DNA of 64,000 nucleotides, taken from assembly GCA_963765495.1 (NCBI GenBank), contig CAVXWP010000001.1, positions 576,001 through 640,000 on the forward strand, in the 5' to 3' direction. Origin of the DNA: Blastocatellia bacterium. GTDB taxonomy: Bacteria; Acidobacteriota; Blastocatellia; UBA7656. The notes beneath the pieces were generated by a model. It had not been told where the DNA came from, ran no database searches, and worked only from the letters and a program-made list of their open reading frames with translations. A program made the translations under genes and the position numbers. Below are positions 17,152 to 28,119 of the stretch, one piece after another. How positions within the stretch are numbered: the first letter of the stretch is position 1; each line of letters begins with the position of its first letter.

Positions 17152-18315
17152 TCATTTTGCGCCCCGACTCATGGCCTCGATCAATATCGCCGCAACCTCC
17201 GGGCGCGAGAATTCACCGGGCGGCATTTCGCCCCCGGCGAGCATTTCGCGCACCTTCGTGCCCGAAAGCGCGACGTGCTCGCTTGAGTCGTGAGGACAGG
17301 TCTTATTGGAGGCCATAGCTTCACAACGTCTACAGAAAAAGGAGTGATCAAAAAAAATGGGCGTGATCCCGAGCGCCTCGGGGTCGAATTCATTGAAGAT
17401 GTAGTGCGCATCATAAGTGCCGTAATAGTTGCCCACTCCGGCGTGATCGCGCCCTACGATGAAATGCGTGCAGCCGTAATTCTTACGGATTATCGCGTGA
17501 AAGACCGCCTCGCGCGGCCCCGCGTACCGCATGGCCGCAGGGTTGACGGCAAGCAGCGTCCTCGTCTTCGGAAAATAATTTTCGAGCATCGCTTCATAGC
17601 AGCGCATTCGTATGTCGGGCGGTATGTCATCGGACTTCGTTTCGCCAACGAGCGGGTGCAGCAAAAGACCGTCTACGGTTTCAAGCGCGCACTTGATGAT
17701 ATATTCGTGTGCGCGGTGAATCGGATTGCGAGTTTGGAAGGCGACCACGCGATGCCATCCTTTCTTCTTGAAAGTCTCGCGTGTTTGAACCGGGTCCAGG
17801 CGATGGGCGGGGAAGGCCGGATTGCGCGGGCGGTTGAGCAGACTGATCGGTCCGCCCAGCAAATAATCCCCCCTGTCGTAAAGGGCACGCACGCCCGGAT
17901 GCGCAAGGTCCGTGGTCAGATAGACGCGCTCGGCTTCTCGCTGTTTGTCGTAAGTGTATTTCTGTCTGAGGTGAAGCACGCCAAGCGGATGATCTTCGTC
18001 GCCGTAAAGCGCGATATCGGAGCCTTCCTCCAGATCGCCTGCAAAATCCTCTGAGGCCGCGAGCGTGACCGGAATCGTCCAGGGCAGCCCCGAAGCCAGG
18101 TGCTTGTTGCCCCTGACCGCGACGTAATCGTCTTCACACATAAAGCCTTCAAGCGGGCTAAATGCGCCGTTGGCGATCATTTCAAGGTCAGAGACCTCGC
18201 GGTGTCGCAAATTGATGCGCGGCATCGCGGGGACCCTTTCAAGAAGCGTCTCGCGTTCGACGCCCGTGAGTTCGCGGTTTATAAGCTGACCGCCGTGTGC
18301 AGGTATTGTTTCCAT
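17152..18315 (-). CDS. sat: Sulfate adenylyltransferase (ATP sulfurylase)
   Basis: [43 protein letters not shown]. Confidence 0.96.
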   Translation of the reverse strand: METIPAHGGQLINRELTGVERETLLERVPAMPRINLRHREVSDLEMIANGAFSPLEGFMCEDDYVAVRGNKHLASGLPWTIPVTLAASEDFAGDLEEGSDIALYGDEDHPLGVLHLRQKYTYDKQREAERVYLTTDLAHPGVRALYDRGDYLLGGPISLLNRPRNPAFPAHRLDPVQTRETFKKKGWHRVVAFQTRNPIHRAHEYIIKCALETVDGLLLHPLVGETKSDDIPPDIRMRCYEAMLENYFPKTRTLLAVNPAAMRYAGPREAVFHAIIRKNYGCTHFIVGRDHAGVGNYYGTYDAHYIFNEFDPEALGITPIFFDHSFFCRRCEAMASNKTCPHDSSEHVALSGTKVREMLAGGEMPPGEFSRPEVAAILIEAMSRGAK

Positions 18316-18360
18316 ATCTATTATTCCTCGCTGAATTTCAAAACTATAAACAAACTTCGA

Positions 18361-18390
18361 ACGATACGTGACCGCTATGGAGGCTGTCAA
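18361..18390 (-). promoter_or_regulatory. sigma70-type promoter for sat
   Basis: TTGACA-18 bp-TATCGT about 45 bp upstream of the ATG. Confidence 0.45.
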
Positions 18391-18489
18391 CGCGGTGGCC
18401 AGTGATCACTGAGCAGTGGTCGGTGGCCGGTAATAAGGAGTTGCGGCATCAGATCGGCCCCGGAGAGACGTAGATGCGCCGACCGCTGC

Positions 18490-19170
18490 TCAACCTATGA
18501 ATTTATAACCGAGCCCGTGAATTGTGAGAATGAATTGAGGATGGCGGGGATTTGGTTCTAGTTTCTGGCGAAGCCATGCCACGTGTACATCAACCGTTCG
18601 GGTCGAGGGCATGGCATTGTAGCCCCACACTTCGTTCAGCAATTCGTCACGCGAAAGCGTGCTGCCTCTATGATCTATAAAGTAGCGAAGCAATTGAAAC
18701 TCGCGGGCGGATAAATCGACTGCCGCACCATTGCAAGTGACTTCGGCGCGGCGAAAATCCACCCGCACAGGCCCGAACTGATAGGCAGTTTGAGGATAAA
18801 CGGTTGCCACGGGTGCGCGACGCAACAGCGCTTCTATTCGCGCAAGCAATTCAATGGTCTCGAAGGGCTTGGTTAAATAATCATCAGCACCCAGTTTCAA
18901 ACCCACCACTTTATCTACGACCTGCCCGCGAGCCGTGAGCATGATGAGGGGCGTCTCTATGCCGCGCTGTCGCAAGTCTCTGCATACATCGAACCCGTTT
19001 TTACGCGGAAGCATAACGTCGAGGATGATCAAATCAAACGACTCGGCAGACGCTCTCTCAAACCCGGTCTCACCGTCCCCGGCCGTCTCGACCTTATAGC
19101 CTTCGCTCGTCAGCCGGTCGCTCAACGTAAGAACCAGTCCCGGCTCATCTTCTATCAATAAAATTCGCAT
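18490..19170 (-). CDS. OmpR/PhoB family response regulator
   Basis: MRILLIEDE, LDVMLP, GADDYLTKPF, RTVDVHVAWLRQKL. Confidence 0.95.
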   Translation of the reverse strand: MRILLIEDEPGLVLTLSDRLTSEGYKVETAGDGETGFERASAESFDLIILDVMLPRKNGFDVCRDLRQRGIETPLIMLTARGQVVDKVVGLKLGADDYLTKPFETIELLARIEALLRRAPVATVYPQTAYQFGPVRVDFRRAEVTCNGAAVDLSAREFQLLRYFIDHRGSTLSRDELLNEVWGYNAMPSTRTVDVHVAWLRQKLEPNPRHPQFILTIHGLGYKFIG

Positions 19171-19179
19171 ATTGAAAGA

Positions 19180-19298
19180 GATGCGTGAATCGTGATGCGT
19201 GATGCGTGATTCCGAGACAGGCAATTATCTGTAACAAGTCTTCTGCCTCAAAGTCATGTATCACGATTCACGCATCACGATTCACGCGTCGCGCATCA
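19180..19298. repeat. CGTGATG-family palindromic element between kinase and regulator genes
   Basis: Heptamer arms; right arm supplies the final codons and TGA of the kinase gene. Confidence 0.85.
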
Positions 19299-21252
19299 TT
19301 ATCAGTGCTTCATCGCTGGCCTCGGTCGCCTGAGCTACAGCGGGCAGGCGCAAAGTGAAGGCGCTTCCACGTCCGGGCGCGCTTTCTACATCCACGCTTC
19401 CGCCGTGGGCATCAATTATGTGTTTTACCAGGCTCAACCCCAGGCCGTTCCCATGAATCTGGGCCGAGGCGGCCTCGCGGCCCCGATAAAACGGTTCAAA
19501 GATGTGAGGCAAATCCGAAGCCGTTATTCCCATTCCACGGTCTTCGATTGTGATTTCGACTTCCAGACCGCGTCTGCCCTGAACCGATTTCGCTCCAATC
19601 CTTATCAAACGGCTTTCGCCCGCGTATTTCATGGCGTTGTTGAGCAGGTTTTGAATCGCTCGCAGAAGCGCCGCCCTGTCGGCTAAAACCGGAGGCAGAT
19701 TCATCTCGATCTCTTTTTCCACATCGAAACCGCCTTCGCTTATCTGCATACGGCAATCGGCGAGCGCCGCGTCGATCAGGTCATTTGCGTCTGTCGGATA
19801 CAGATCATAAGTCTTCTGGCCCGATTGCGCGCCCGCAAAATCGAGCACCTGCTCGACCATCTTCGCAAGCCTCTGCCCTTCGCCCTTTATCAACGCGCCG
19901 TATCGTTTGATCTGCGCCCGGTCGTCGATCACCCCGTCGGCCAGATTTTCGCCCGCCGAACAGATAACGGCGAGCGGGGTCCGCAACTCGTGCGATACGC
20001 CCGCGACAAATTCAATCTGCTGTCTTGCCAACCGCTGTGCGCGCCGCGTCGAGATTATTATCATCGCTACGCTCACCGCCAGCAGCAAAAGTATGCCGAA
20101 GCTCACGATCAAATTTCGATGACGCACGCCCGCGACCGCCAGATCGAGCGAGCCCGCGCGATGCTTTATCACAAGCTGCCAGACGCCGTCTTTATTCCCT
20201 GTAAGAGAGCCTTTCGCGGACGTCTCTCCCGGCGATTCACTGCGAATGCTGAACGTCATAATCTGCGACCTGTGCTCGCCCGCCGCCGCCGTTTCTCCGC
20301 GCATTCCCATCTCCGGCAACAGATCGCTGAACTCTTCGAACCTCAATCCGAAAAGCCCCGCCGTCTGGTCGCCCGCGACGGCTTCTTCATCAGAGATCTT
20401 CGCATCGGATCTGTATATGATCTTCTTCGGGTCTTCGCGTTCCACAATCGCCACGTTGTAATCGACTGTATCGCCGCTTGCGAAGTACCTCCGGGCAAGC
20501 AGGGGAAGAAACTCCTGTTTTATGTAATCGAGATCGAGCGTGATAATGTTGTGGCCGGTGAGCGGGGCTATCTCGGGCAACCCCGCGCTTTCGCGACTTT
20601 CGACGCGAGCGGTAAAGGTCTTTCTCTCCTTTTCGATGAAGCGATATTTCGGGAGCACGACGAAAGCCTTATCGGTCTTCTCTACAAGACGGTCGCCTGT
20701 AATCATTCGAAGTCCGAGTATGGGTGTGACGATGGCGGGCACATCTTCGGCTATAGTATTCAGGAGGTTTCGCGCAAGCATTGCCGGTTCGGGAAGTTCA
20801 GCCCGCTTCATATCGGCAAACGAGTCGCGCAGGGTCAGGAGTTCCGGCGGCCACTCGCGCGGCTTGAGCATAGCCTGCGCCCTGTCGAATTCGAGCAATC
20901 GAGGCCCGCTCTTGTCGTCCTCTTCAACTACGAATACGCCTTTGACAAGCCTGGGATAAGGCGCGGTTTGAAACCACCTGTCATAACGTTTCGAATAATC
21001 ATCCCATCGGTTATCGCGCAAGTCGGCCGCATCCATCTGCAAACTCAAATATGCGCGGGCAAGTTCGCGGTCAAAATCGCGGCTGAATTGCGTAGCCCCG
21101 GCGCTGAGACTCTCCTGCATCCGCTCGCGCTCTGCCCGGCTGACCTGCCCGAGCCATCGGTATTGCAGGGTCGCAAACAGCGCGAGCAACAATACGAGCG
21201 AGGCGGCAAGCACAAGGGTCAGAGGCGGGCGTTTTTTCAACAGCTTCTTCAC
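19282..21252 (-). CDS. Membrane sensor histidine kinase
   Basis: Two TM segments; SHELRTPL, NLLNNAMKY, DRGMG, GNGLGL; GTG start just below an extended -10 (TGCTATAAT), possibly leaderless. Confidence 0.95.
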   Translation of the reverse strand: MKKLLKKRPPLTLVLAASLVLLLALFATLQYRWLGQVSRAERERMQESLSAGATQFSRDFDRELARAYLSLQMDAADLRDNRWDDYSKRYDRWFQTAPYPRLVKGVFVVEEDDKSGPRLLEFDRAQAMLKPREWPPELLTLRDSFADMKRAELPEPAMLARNLLNTIAEDVPAIVTPILGLRMITGDRLVEKTDKAFVVLPKYRFIEKERKTFTARVESRESAGLPEIAPLTGHNIITLDLDYIKQEFLPLLARRYFASGDTVDYNVAIVEREDPKKIIYRSDAKISDEEAVAGDQTAGLFGLRFEEFSDLLPEMGMRGETAAAGEHRSQIMTFSIRSESPGETSAKGSLTGNKDGVWQLVIKHRAGSLDLAVAGVRHRNLIVSFGILLLLAVSVAMIIISTRRAQRLARQQIEFVAGVSHELRTPLAVICSAGENLADGVIDDRAQIKRYGALIKGEGQRLAKMVEQVLDFAGAQSGQKTYDLYPTDANDLIDAALADCRMQISEGGFDVEKEIEMNLPPVLADRAALLRAIQNLLNNAMKYAGESRLIRIGAKSVQGRRGLEVEITIEDRGMGITASDLPHIFEPFYRGREAASAQIHGNGLGLSLVKHIIDAHGGSVDVESAPGRGSAFTLRLPAVAQATEASDEALIMMRDA

Positions 21253-21302
21253 AACGGCGATTATAGCATCACTATTACGCCGCCGGATGGGGCGGCAAAA
21301 AA

Positions 21303-21319
21303 TTTTACATCCTTAACAA
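21303..21319. promoter_or_regulatory. Candidate transcription-factor site TTTTACATCCTTAACAA
   Basis: 16/17 identical to 25473-25489; both lie in divergent promoter regions. Confidence 0.5.
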
Positions 21320-21322
21320 TTA

Positions 21323-21416
21323 CGTGAAGCGTGAAGCGTGATTCATGACTTCAGGTGGCAGGATTAAACCAACTTGCAAGCCTCGTAAATCACGAATCAC
21401 GCTTCACGCTTCACGC
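21323..21416. repeat. CGTGA-family palindromic element, inverted relative to the 13283 copy
   Basis: CGTGAAGCGTGAAGCGTGATTC...GAATCACGCTTCACGCTTCACG. Confidence 0.85.
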
Positions 21417-21471
21417 TTTTGATGGTTGCTGATTCTTTTGGCACACGACTTGATGACACTTAATCATCGTA

Positions 21472-22392
21472 GTGGCAGATTACTCAATAAATCACATTCC
21501 GATATGGATATGGGCGATATTTGGCGTGCTGATTCTGATCCTGCTCGTGATTGATCTTGTCGCGCATCGGGACGATCATGCCACGTCGCGCAAGAGTGCC
21601 ATCATCTGGAGCATAATCTGGATCGCGTCGGGGCTTGCCTTCAATGTCTTCGTATATAATATGTTCGGCGGTCGAGCCGGGCAGCAATATCTGGCCGCTT
21701 ATCTGATCGAAAAGAGCCTGAGCCTCGATAATCTTTTCGTATTCCTGATAGTCTTTCGGGGGCTCAACACGCCCGAGAAGCATCAGCACAGGGTGTTGTT
21801 CTGGGGCATCTTTGGCGCGCTCGTTTTTCGCGGCCTCTTCATATTCGCGGGCGCTGTGGCCATCGAGCGATGGCAGTGGGTCTCTTACATCTTTGGCGCG
21901 CTTCTTTTATACGGCGCTTACAGCGCGCTTCGTAAAGACCCCGCTCGCGAGCGAAAAAGCGAGGTGGTCGAGTGGCTCTCAAACCATCTGCCCGTCACCG
22001 AAAAAGTTCAAGATACAAAATTCTTCTCAATTGAAAACGGGAAGCATGTGGCCACGCCGCTCTTTGTCGCTCTGGTTGCGATTGAATTGACCGACATCGC
22101 CTTCGCCATAGATTCGGTCCCGGCGGCCTTCTCGATGAGCCACAGCCGATTCATACTCTATAGCTCAAACGTCTTTGCGATACTCGGACTGCGCGCTCTT
22201 TACATCACGTTGGCGCATTCTTTAGCCAGACTCAAATACCTGCGTTACGGGCTGGCCGGAGTGCTCGCGTTTGCGGGCTTCAAGCTGATCGCCGATCAGT
22301 GGATAGAGATCCACACGCTCGTTTCAGTAGGAGTTATCGTGCTGATGATAGGTTTATCGGTCTGGGCGAGCCTCGGCGAGAAAAAGATGTAG
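21472..22392 (+). CDS. TerC/Alx family metal homeostasis membrane protein
   Basis: EKSLSLDNLFVF, ELTDIAFAIDSVPA, SNVFAILGLRALY. Confidence 0.93.
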   Translation: MADYSINHIPIWIWAIFGVLILILLVIDLVAHRDDHATSRKSAIIWSIIWIASGLAFNVFVYNMFGGRAGQQYLAAYLIEKSLSLDNLFVFLIVFRGLNTPEKHQHRVLFWGIFGALVFRGLFIFAGAVAIERWQWVSYIFGALLLYGAYSALRKDPARERKSEVVEWLSNHLPVTEKVQDTKFFSIENGKHVATPLFVALVAIELTDIAFAIDSVPAAFSMSHSRFILYSSNVFAILGLRALYITLAHSLARLKYLRYGLAGVLAFAGFKLIADQWIEIHTLVSVGVIVLMIGLSVWASLGEKKM

Positions 22393-22596
22393 GGCATTAA
22401 GAAGCGGCTTATTATTCCAGAAAATTACCTCTTCACCTTGTCGATATGAGATTTCACACCTCAAATCACAGATTAGCCGACACGAGAAAAACTATGTATT
22501 CAGACTCTTCTTTTACTGTGGTACACTCTGCGTTGATATTGGCCTCGGTCGAAGTTTCAAAACACATAAGCGCTTAAAGTTTGCCAGGAGACCTGA

Positions 22597-22965
22597 GTGG
22601 AAAAAATTAAAAAGCGCATCCTTTACGTAGACGATGATATAGAGTCTTGCCGTGTGCTTGCGCAACTTCTGACCATCTGGGGATATGAAGTTGAGATCGC
22701 CCAATCCTTCGCCGACGGATTGAATTTAGTCACAAGCAAAAGCTTTGACCTCTACATTCTGGACAACTGGTTCAAGGATGGAAGCGGCATCAAGCTGTGC
22801 GAGACGATTCGCATATCCGATCAGGAGACGCCCGTTATTTTCCTCTCGGCCGCCGTTTACGAATCCGATCATCGGGCCGGAATGGATGCGGGAGCCCAGT
22901 TCTACTTCAACAAACCTGTCGAGATAAAAAAGCTGGAAGAGGTGCTGGCGCAGTTGTTTAATTAA
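22597..22965 (+). CDS. Single-domain response regulator (receiver only)
   Basis: ILYVDDD, LYILD, FLSA, KP. Confidence 0.88.
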   Translation: MEKIKKRILYVDDDIESCRVLAQLLTIWGYEVEIAQSFADGLNLVTSKSFDLYILDNWFKDGSGIKLCETIRISDQETPVIFLSAAVYESDHRAGMDAGAQFYFNKPVEIKKLEEVLAQLFN

Positions 22966-23034
22966 CGGCTATTCAATCCCTTTAATTCTGTAAATCTTCT
23001 TTATCCTGTCCGATTCTTTCTCGCTCTTCACCCG

Positions 23035-23730
23035 TCACGCATGTTCGTTTAATTCACGCACAGCCGTTTCAAGTGATCCTATGATCTGTTGGCGGTTTCC
23101 CGTAATCAGTCGAGGCGCGCCGAGGCGGACTTCGCAGAAAAAGGGCACAGGAATATATTCACCCTTCGGCAGGCTCCGCCCCATATTCACGAGGTAGGCG
23201 GGTACGACCGGCACATCGGGCATCTTTTCAAGCAGATGAGCTATGCCGGAGCGAAATTGCCCTACGGCTTCGCCCGACCCGCGCGTCCCTTCGGGAAATA
23301 TGATCAGAGATTGCCCCGCTTCGAGCGCCTCCTGCATGAAGTGAATCGGGTTGCTTTCGGAGGTTATCTTTTTTCTTGCGATGGGCAATATGTTGAAGAG
23401 GGTTTTCGTAAAGATTGAGACCAGCCTGTTGCGCTCGAAGTAATCTGCTGCCGCCACGGGGCGTATATTGCGCAGCCGCCTGAGAGGGAAAAGACTCAAA
23501 AGCGAGATGGTATCGAGATGGCTTGAATGATTCGCAATCAGAATGAATGGATCAGACCCCGGCAGGTGTTCGCGTCCTCGCACGCGCAGCCCGATAAAGA
23601 GCGCCATAAACGACCTTACAAGTGCCGCGAAGAAAATCATCTGTACGATGTTTGCCACAGCGCCGTGCCCGATTGTCCGTTCCGATTTCGCTTCCTTCTC
23701 ATCCTTCATCATTTGCTTCCCTCTCTGCAC
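23035..23730 (-). CDS. Lysophospholipid acyltransferase (PlsC family)
   Basis: NHSSHLD and FPEGTR motifs; start may be near 23709. Confidence 0.9.
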   Translation of the reverse strand: MQRGKQMMKDEKEAKSERTIGHGAVANIVQMIFFAALVRSFMALFIGLRVRGREHLPGSDPFILIANHSSHLDTISLLSLFPLRRLRNIRPVAAADYFERNRLVSIFTKTLFNILPIARKKITSESNPIHFMQEALEAGQSLIIFPEGTRGSGEAVGQFRSGIAHLLEKMPDVPVVPAYLVNMGRSLPKGEYIPVPFFCEVRLGAPRLITGNRQQIIGSLETAVRELNEHA

Positions 23731-23742
23731 AGTGTTGCCGCC

Positions 23743-24684
23743 TTAATAGTGGTAATAACGAATATAGTGAAAGAAGAGCGGCGCGGCGTAGCAGAGCGAA
23801 TCCACCCGGTCGAGCATGCCGCCGTGGCCCGGGATTATGCCCCCGAAATCCTTTACGCCAAAATCCCGTTTGACCGCGCTCATCACAGCGCCCCCGCAGA
23901 AACCCGCGACCGTTATCAAAAGCGATACACCCATGGTTTCCGGCACGGAAAACGGCGTAAGAAAGCGTATCGCGAGGCTCAGGCATATGGCGCTTGCGAT
24001 GCCGCCTATAAACCCTTCCCACGTTTTATTAGGGCTGATGGCCGGGATGATCTTATGGCGTCCGAGGGTCTTGCCCCAGATGTATTGCAGCACATCGCTT
24101 ATCTCTACGACGAAGACCAGAAATAGCAGAAGCGTGCGCCCGTTTGCGTCGTGACCTTCGATTACGGGGAGCGTGAGCAGGAACCCGAGATGGCTAAGTC
24201 CATAAACAAACGCCATCAGCCCCCACTGTATCTGCGACACAGAGGCCACAAACCCGACCGTGTCCTTTGACAGCATCAGCCGCACCGGCAGGATCAGGAA
24301 CATGTATACGGGGATGAAGATTATAAACATCCCGTACCAGGGGATGGCGATCCAGAAATACTGAATCGGGATGGCCAGAAAGGTGATCACAAGGGTCTTG
24401 TGATCAGCCGGGCGCGTCTTGAGTAATGTGATGTACTCTTTCATCGCCCAGAAACTGAGGAATGTAAAGAAGATGAGCGACACGATGTTATTGACTACGA
24501 CCGCGCAGAAGAAAACCGCAGCCATCAGCCACCACGAATTCACGCGAGCCGACAGTTCCTTGTAATCACTCCGCGGGCGCGCCAGCCGGAGTATGGCCAC
24601 GAGGACAGAAGCTACAACCAGCACGGTCAGAACCAGCAGGGCCATTCGCCAGACCGGGGGGAGATCGGTCACACTCATTGGCAT
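23743..24684 (-). CDS. Phosphatidate cytidylyltransferase (YnbB/CdsA-like)
   Basis: SPNKTWEG, SAVKRDFGVKDFG..IPGHGGMLDRVDS. Confidence 0.92.
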   Translation of the reverse strand: MPMSVTDLPPVWRMALLVLTVLVVASVLVAILRLARPRSDYKELSARVNSWWLMAAVFFCAVVVNNIVSLIFFTFLSFWAMKEYITLLKTRPADHKTLVITFLAIPIQYFWIAIPWYGMFIIFIPVYMFLILPVRLMLSKDTVGFVASVSQIQWGLMAFVYGLSHLGFLLTLPVIEGHDANGRTLLLFLVFVVEISDVLQYIWGKTLGRHKIIPAISPNKTWEGFIGGIASAICLSLAIRFLTPFSVPETMGVSLLITVAGFCGGAVMSAVKRDFGVKDFGGIIPGHGGMLDRVDSLCYAAPLFFHYIRYYHY

Positions 24685-24702
24685 TCTCAGATCAACCTTT
24701 CA

Positions 24703-25326
24703 TCAATTTCGCCCGGCATTCAACGGCAATTCCGCGAGCGCCTTCGAAATTCTATTCCAGCAGGTGAGAACGGTAAGCAGCGCGACAATGCCGAAGACCC
24801 AGGGCCAGAGCCTGAATGCGCCCGGTACGATAGCGGTGAGGACGCCGAGCGCGCCCACGATTAGCGCGCGGTCGCTCTTACCCATAGGCCCTTCATAGTG
24901 GCGGCTTGCGCCAAGTGCGCGACCGAGCACACCGCAAAACTCCGTCAGCAGCGCCCCGATTGAAAATGCCACAACCGGCCATAGCGCCTCTTCGTAGAGA
25001 AGGGCGAGCGGGAGATAAAGCCCGAGGTCCGAGACAGCATCGCCAAGCTCATTCAACACGGCGCCGAGCGTTGAGGCCATATGGAGTTCGCGCGCCATCA
25101 TACCGTCTATGGCGTTCAAGGCCATGCGCGCAAAAAGCCACACGGGCAACAGGAGAAGTAGCGCAGGCCGGGTTCTGGCTTGCGATACAATCGCGCCTAC
25201 GATTATTGACCCCGTGATGGCGATCAGGGTGATTGCGTTCGGAGTGAATCTCAAACCTGCGAGCCTTTTCATCAGCGGTCTGAGCAGGGATTGAAATTTC
25301 GGTTTCAGATCGTAAACAGACGGCAT
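24703..25326 (-). CDS. CDP-alcohol phosphatidyltransferase (YnbA-like)
   Basis: SVYDLKPKFQ.LLRP, NAIDGMMAR...GAVLNELGD.VSD, GPMGKSDR. Confidence 0.9.
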   Translation of the reverse strand: MPSVYDLKPKFQSLLRPLMKRLAGLRFTPNAITLIAITGSIIVGAIVSQARTRPALLLLLPVWLFARMALNAIDGMMARELHMASTLGAVLNELGDAVSDLGLYLPLALLYEEALWPVVAFSIGALLTEFCGVLGRALGASRHYEGPMGKSDRALIVGALGVLTAIVPGAFRLWPWVFGIVALLTVLTCWNRISKALAELPLNAGRN

Positions 25327-25472
25327 TTGCCTCTCTATTGTTGTCCTTAGCTTTGTGAGTGCTCTGAGGCTTTCAAGAACCTGCTGCCGGGGCCTGTGTC
25401 AGTGTTTGTCGATAGCCTCAAACCGCGTCGCCGGATTATAGCATAGAGGGGCTATAAGAACGCGAAGCAACT

Positions 25473-25489
25473 TTTTACATTCTTAACAA
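25473..25489. promoter_or_regulatory. Second copy of candidate TF site TTTTACATTCTTAACAA
   Basis: Matches 21303-21319 at 16/17. Confidence 0.5.
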
Positions 25490-25564
25490 AATCCTTTCAT
25501 CGTCTTAACCACCTGGGCCCGCTTTTCAGCCATAATCCTTTCAGAACATGTGACAGGAGAAAAT

Positions 25565-27079
<1,515 letters not shown>

Positions 27080-27112
27080 ATGTTGTTTCAACAAAACAGG
27101 AGGTTACTTTTG

Positions 27113-28012
27113 ATGAAGAGATTGGCATTACTGATTTTTGGATTCGTATTGTTAACGGCGACAGCAAACGGAGCCGATGAAAAATCTCGCGCCGAAGAGA
27201 TACTCAATCAGACAAGGCAGGCCCTAGGCGGCGCCTCAAAGCTCAACGCAATCCACGCCCTCACGGCCTCGCTCGAATTCCGCCGCGTAATCGAGATGAA
27301 AGACGAGTCGGGCTCCAGCCAGACTATGGACCAGTCGGGAGACATGGATCTCGATCTGCTTCTGCCCGACAAATACATGAGATCAGAGACTACTAACCTG
27401 ATGGGAGACGCTCGCGTGACGATCATTCGCGCTGTCAACGGAGACCAGACGTGGTCAGACACGCGCACGAGCGGGCCGGGCATGATCATCGTTCGTGAGG
27501 CGAAACCGCAGGGCGCAAACAGCGCAAACGCCGGTCTGCGAGGAGAGTTTTATCGCTATCTGGTCGCGTGGCTTCTCGCCGCGCCTGCCTCAGAACAACT
27601 CGAATACAGCTACGCCGGGCAGGCCGAAGCCGACGACGGCAGCGCCGACGTGATAGACGTGAAGGGAGCGGATGGGTTTTCGCTCCGCCTCTTCCTCGAC
27701 AGCCAGACGCATCTGCCGCTGATGTTGAGTTACAAGACACAAAGACCTCGCGGAGGGCGAATGATAAACCGTCGCATGACGCGCGAGCCTATGAGCGAAG
27801 AAAGAATAGCTAAAGAACATCAGGAGGGACCCGAGCCTGAAATGGTCGAAGCGGAAATTCAGGAGCGGTTCTCTGATTACCGCAAGGTAGACGGGCTGAT
27901 GCTGCCCCATCACATCTCAAGAGCCACCGACGGCAAGACCGATGAAGAGTGGGAGATCAAACAATTCAAGATCAACCCCGACCTCAAACCCGAAAAGTTT
28001 GTGAAGAAGTAA
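27113..28012 (+). CDS. Exported hypothetical protein, possibly LolA-like fold
   Basis: GGAGG SD, signal peptide, ALGG near N-terminus, FSDYRKVDGLMLP near C-terminus. Confidence 0.7.
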   Translation: MKRLALLIFGFVLLTATANGADEKSRAEEILNQTRQALGGASKLNAIHALTASLEFRRVIEMKDESGSSQTMDQSGDMDLDLLLPDKYMRSETTNLMGDARVTIIRAVNGDQTWSDTRTSGPGMIIVREAKPQGANSANAGLRGEFYRYLVAWLLAAPASEQLEYSYAGQAEADDGSADVIDVKGADGFSLRLFLDSQTHLPLMLSYKTQRPRGGRMINRRMTREPMSEERIAKEHQEGPEPEMVEAEIQERFSDYRKVDGLMLPHHISRATDGKTDEEWEIKQFKINPDLKPEKFVKK

Positions 28013-28013
28013 C

Positions 28014-28105
28014 ACGTGATGCGTGATGCGTGATGCGTGACCGGAAGCACCCGGCCCATCGAAGCCCGGTTGTAACTCTCACACATCACGTATCACGCAT
28101 CACGT
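28014..28105. repeat. CGTGATG-family palindromic element inside operon
   Basis: (CGTGATG)3 ... CATCACGTATCACGCATCACG. Confidence 0.8.
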
Positions 28106-28119
28106 CCACAGGAGTTATT

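Noticed and set aside
1621-18315. Functional coupling of sat (PPi producer) with hppA (PPi consumer)
   Set aside because: 13 kb apart with unrelated genes between them; no shared regulatory signal seen.
19825-21327. 500-aa plus-strand ORF
   Set aside because: Antisense to the histidine kinase with no motifs; a typical high-GC shadow ORF.
21323-21471. yybP-ykoY Mn riboswitch or sigma54 promoter upstream of terC
   Set aside because: The hairpin is a repeat-family copy with no riboswitch consensus; TGGCAC-N5-TTGA lacks the -12 GC.
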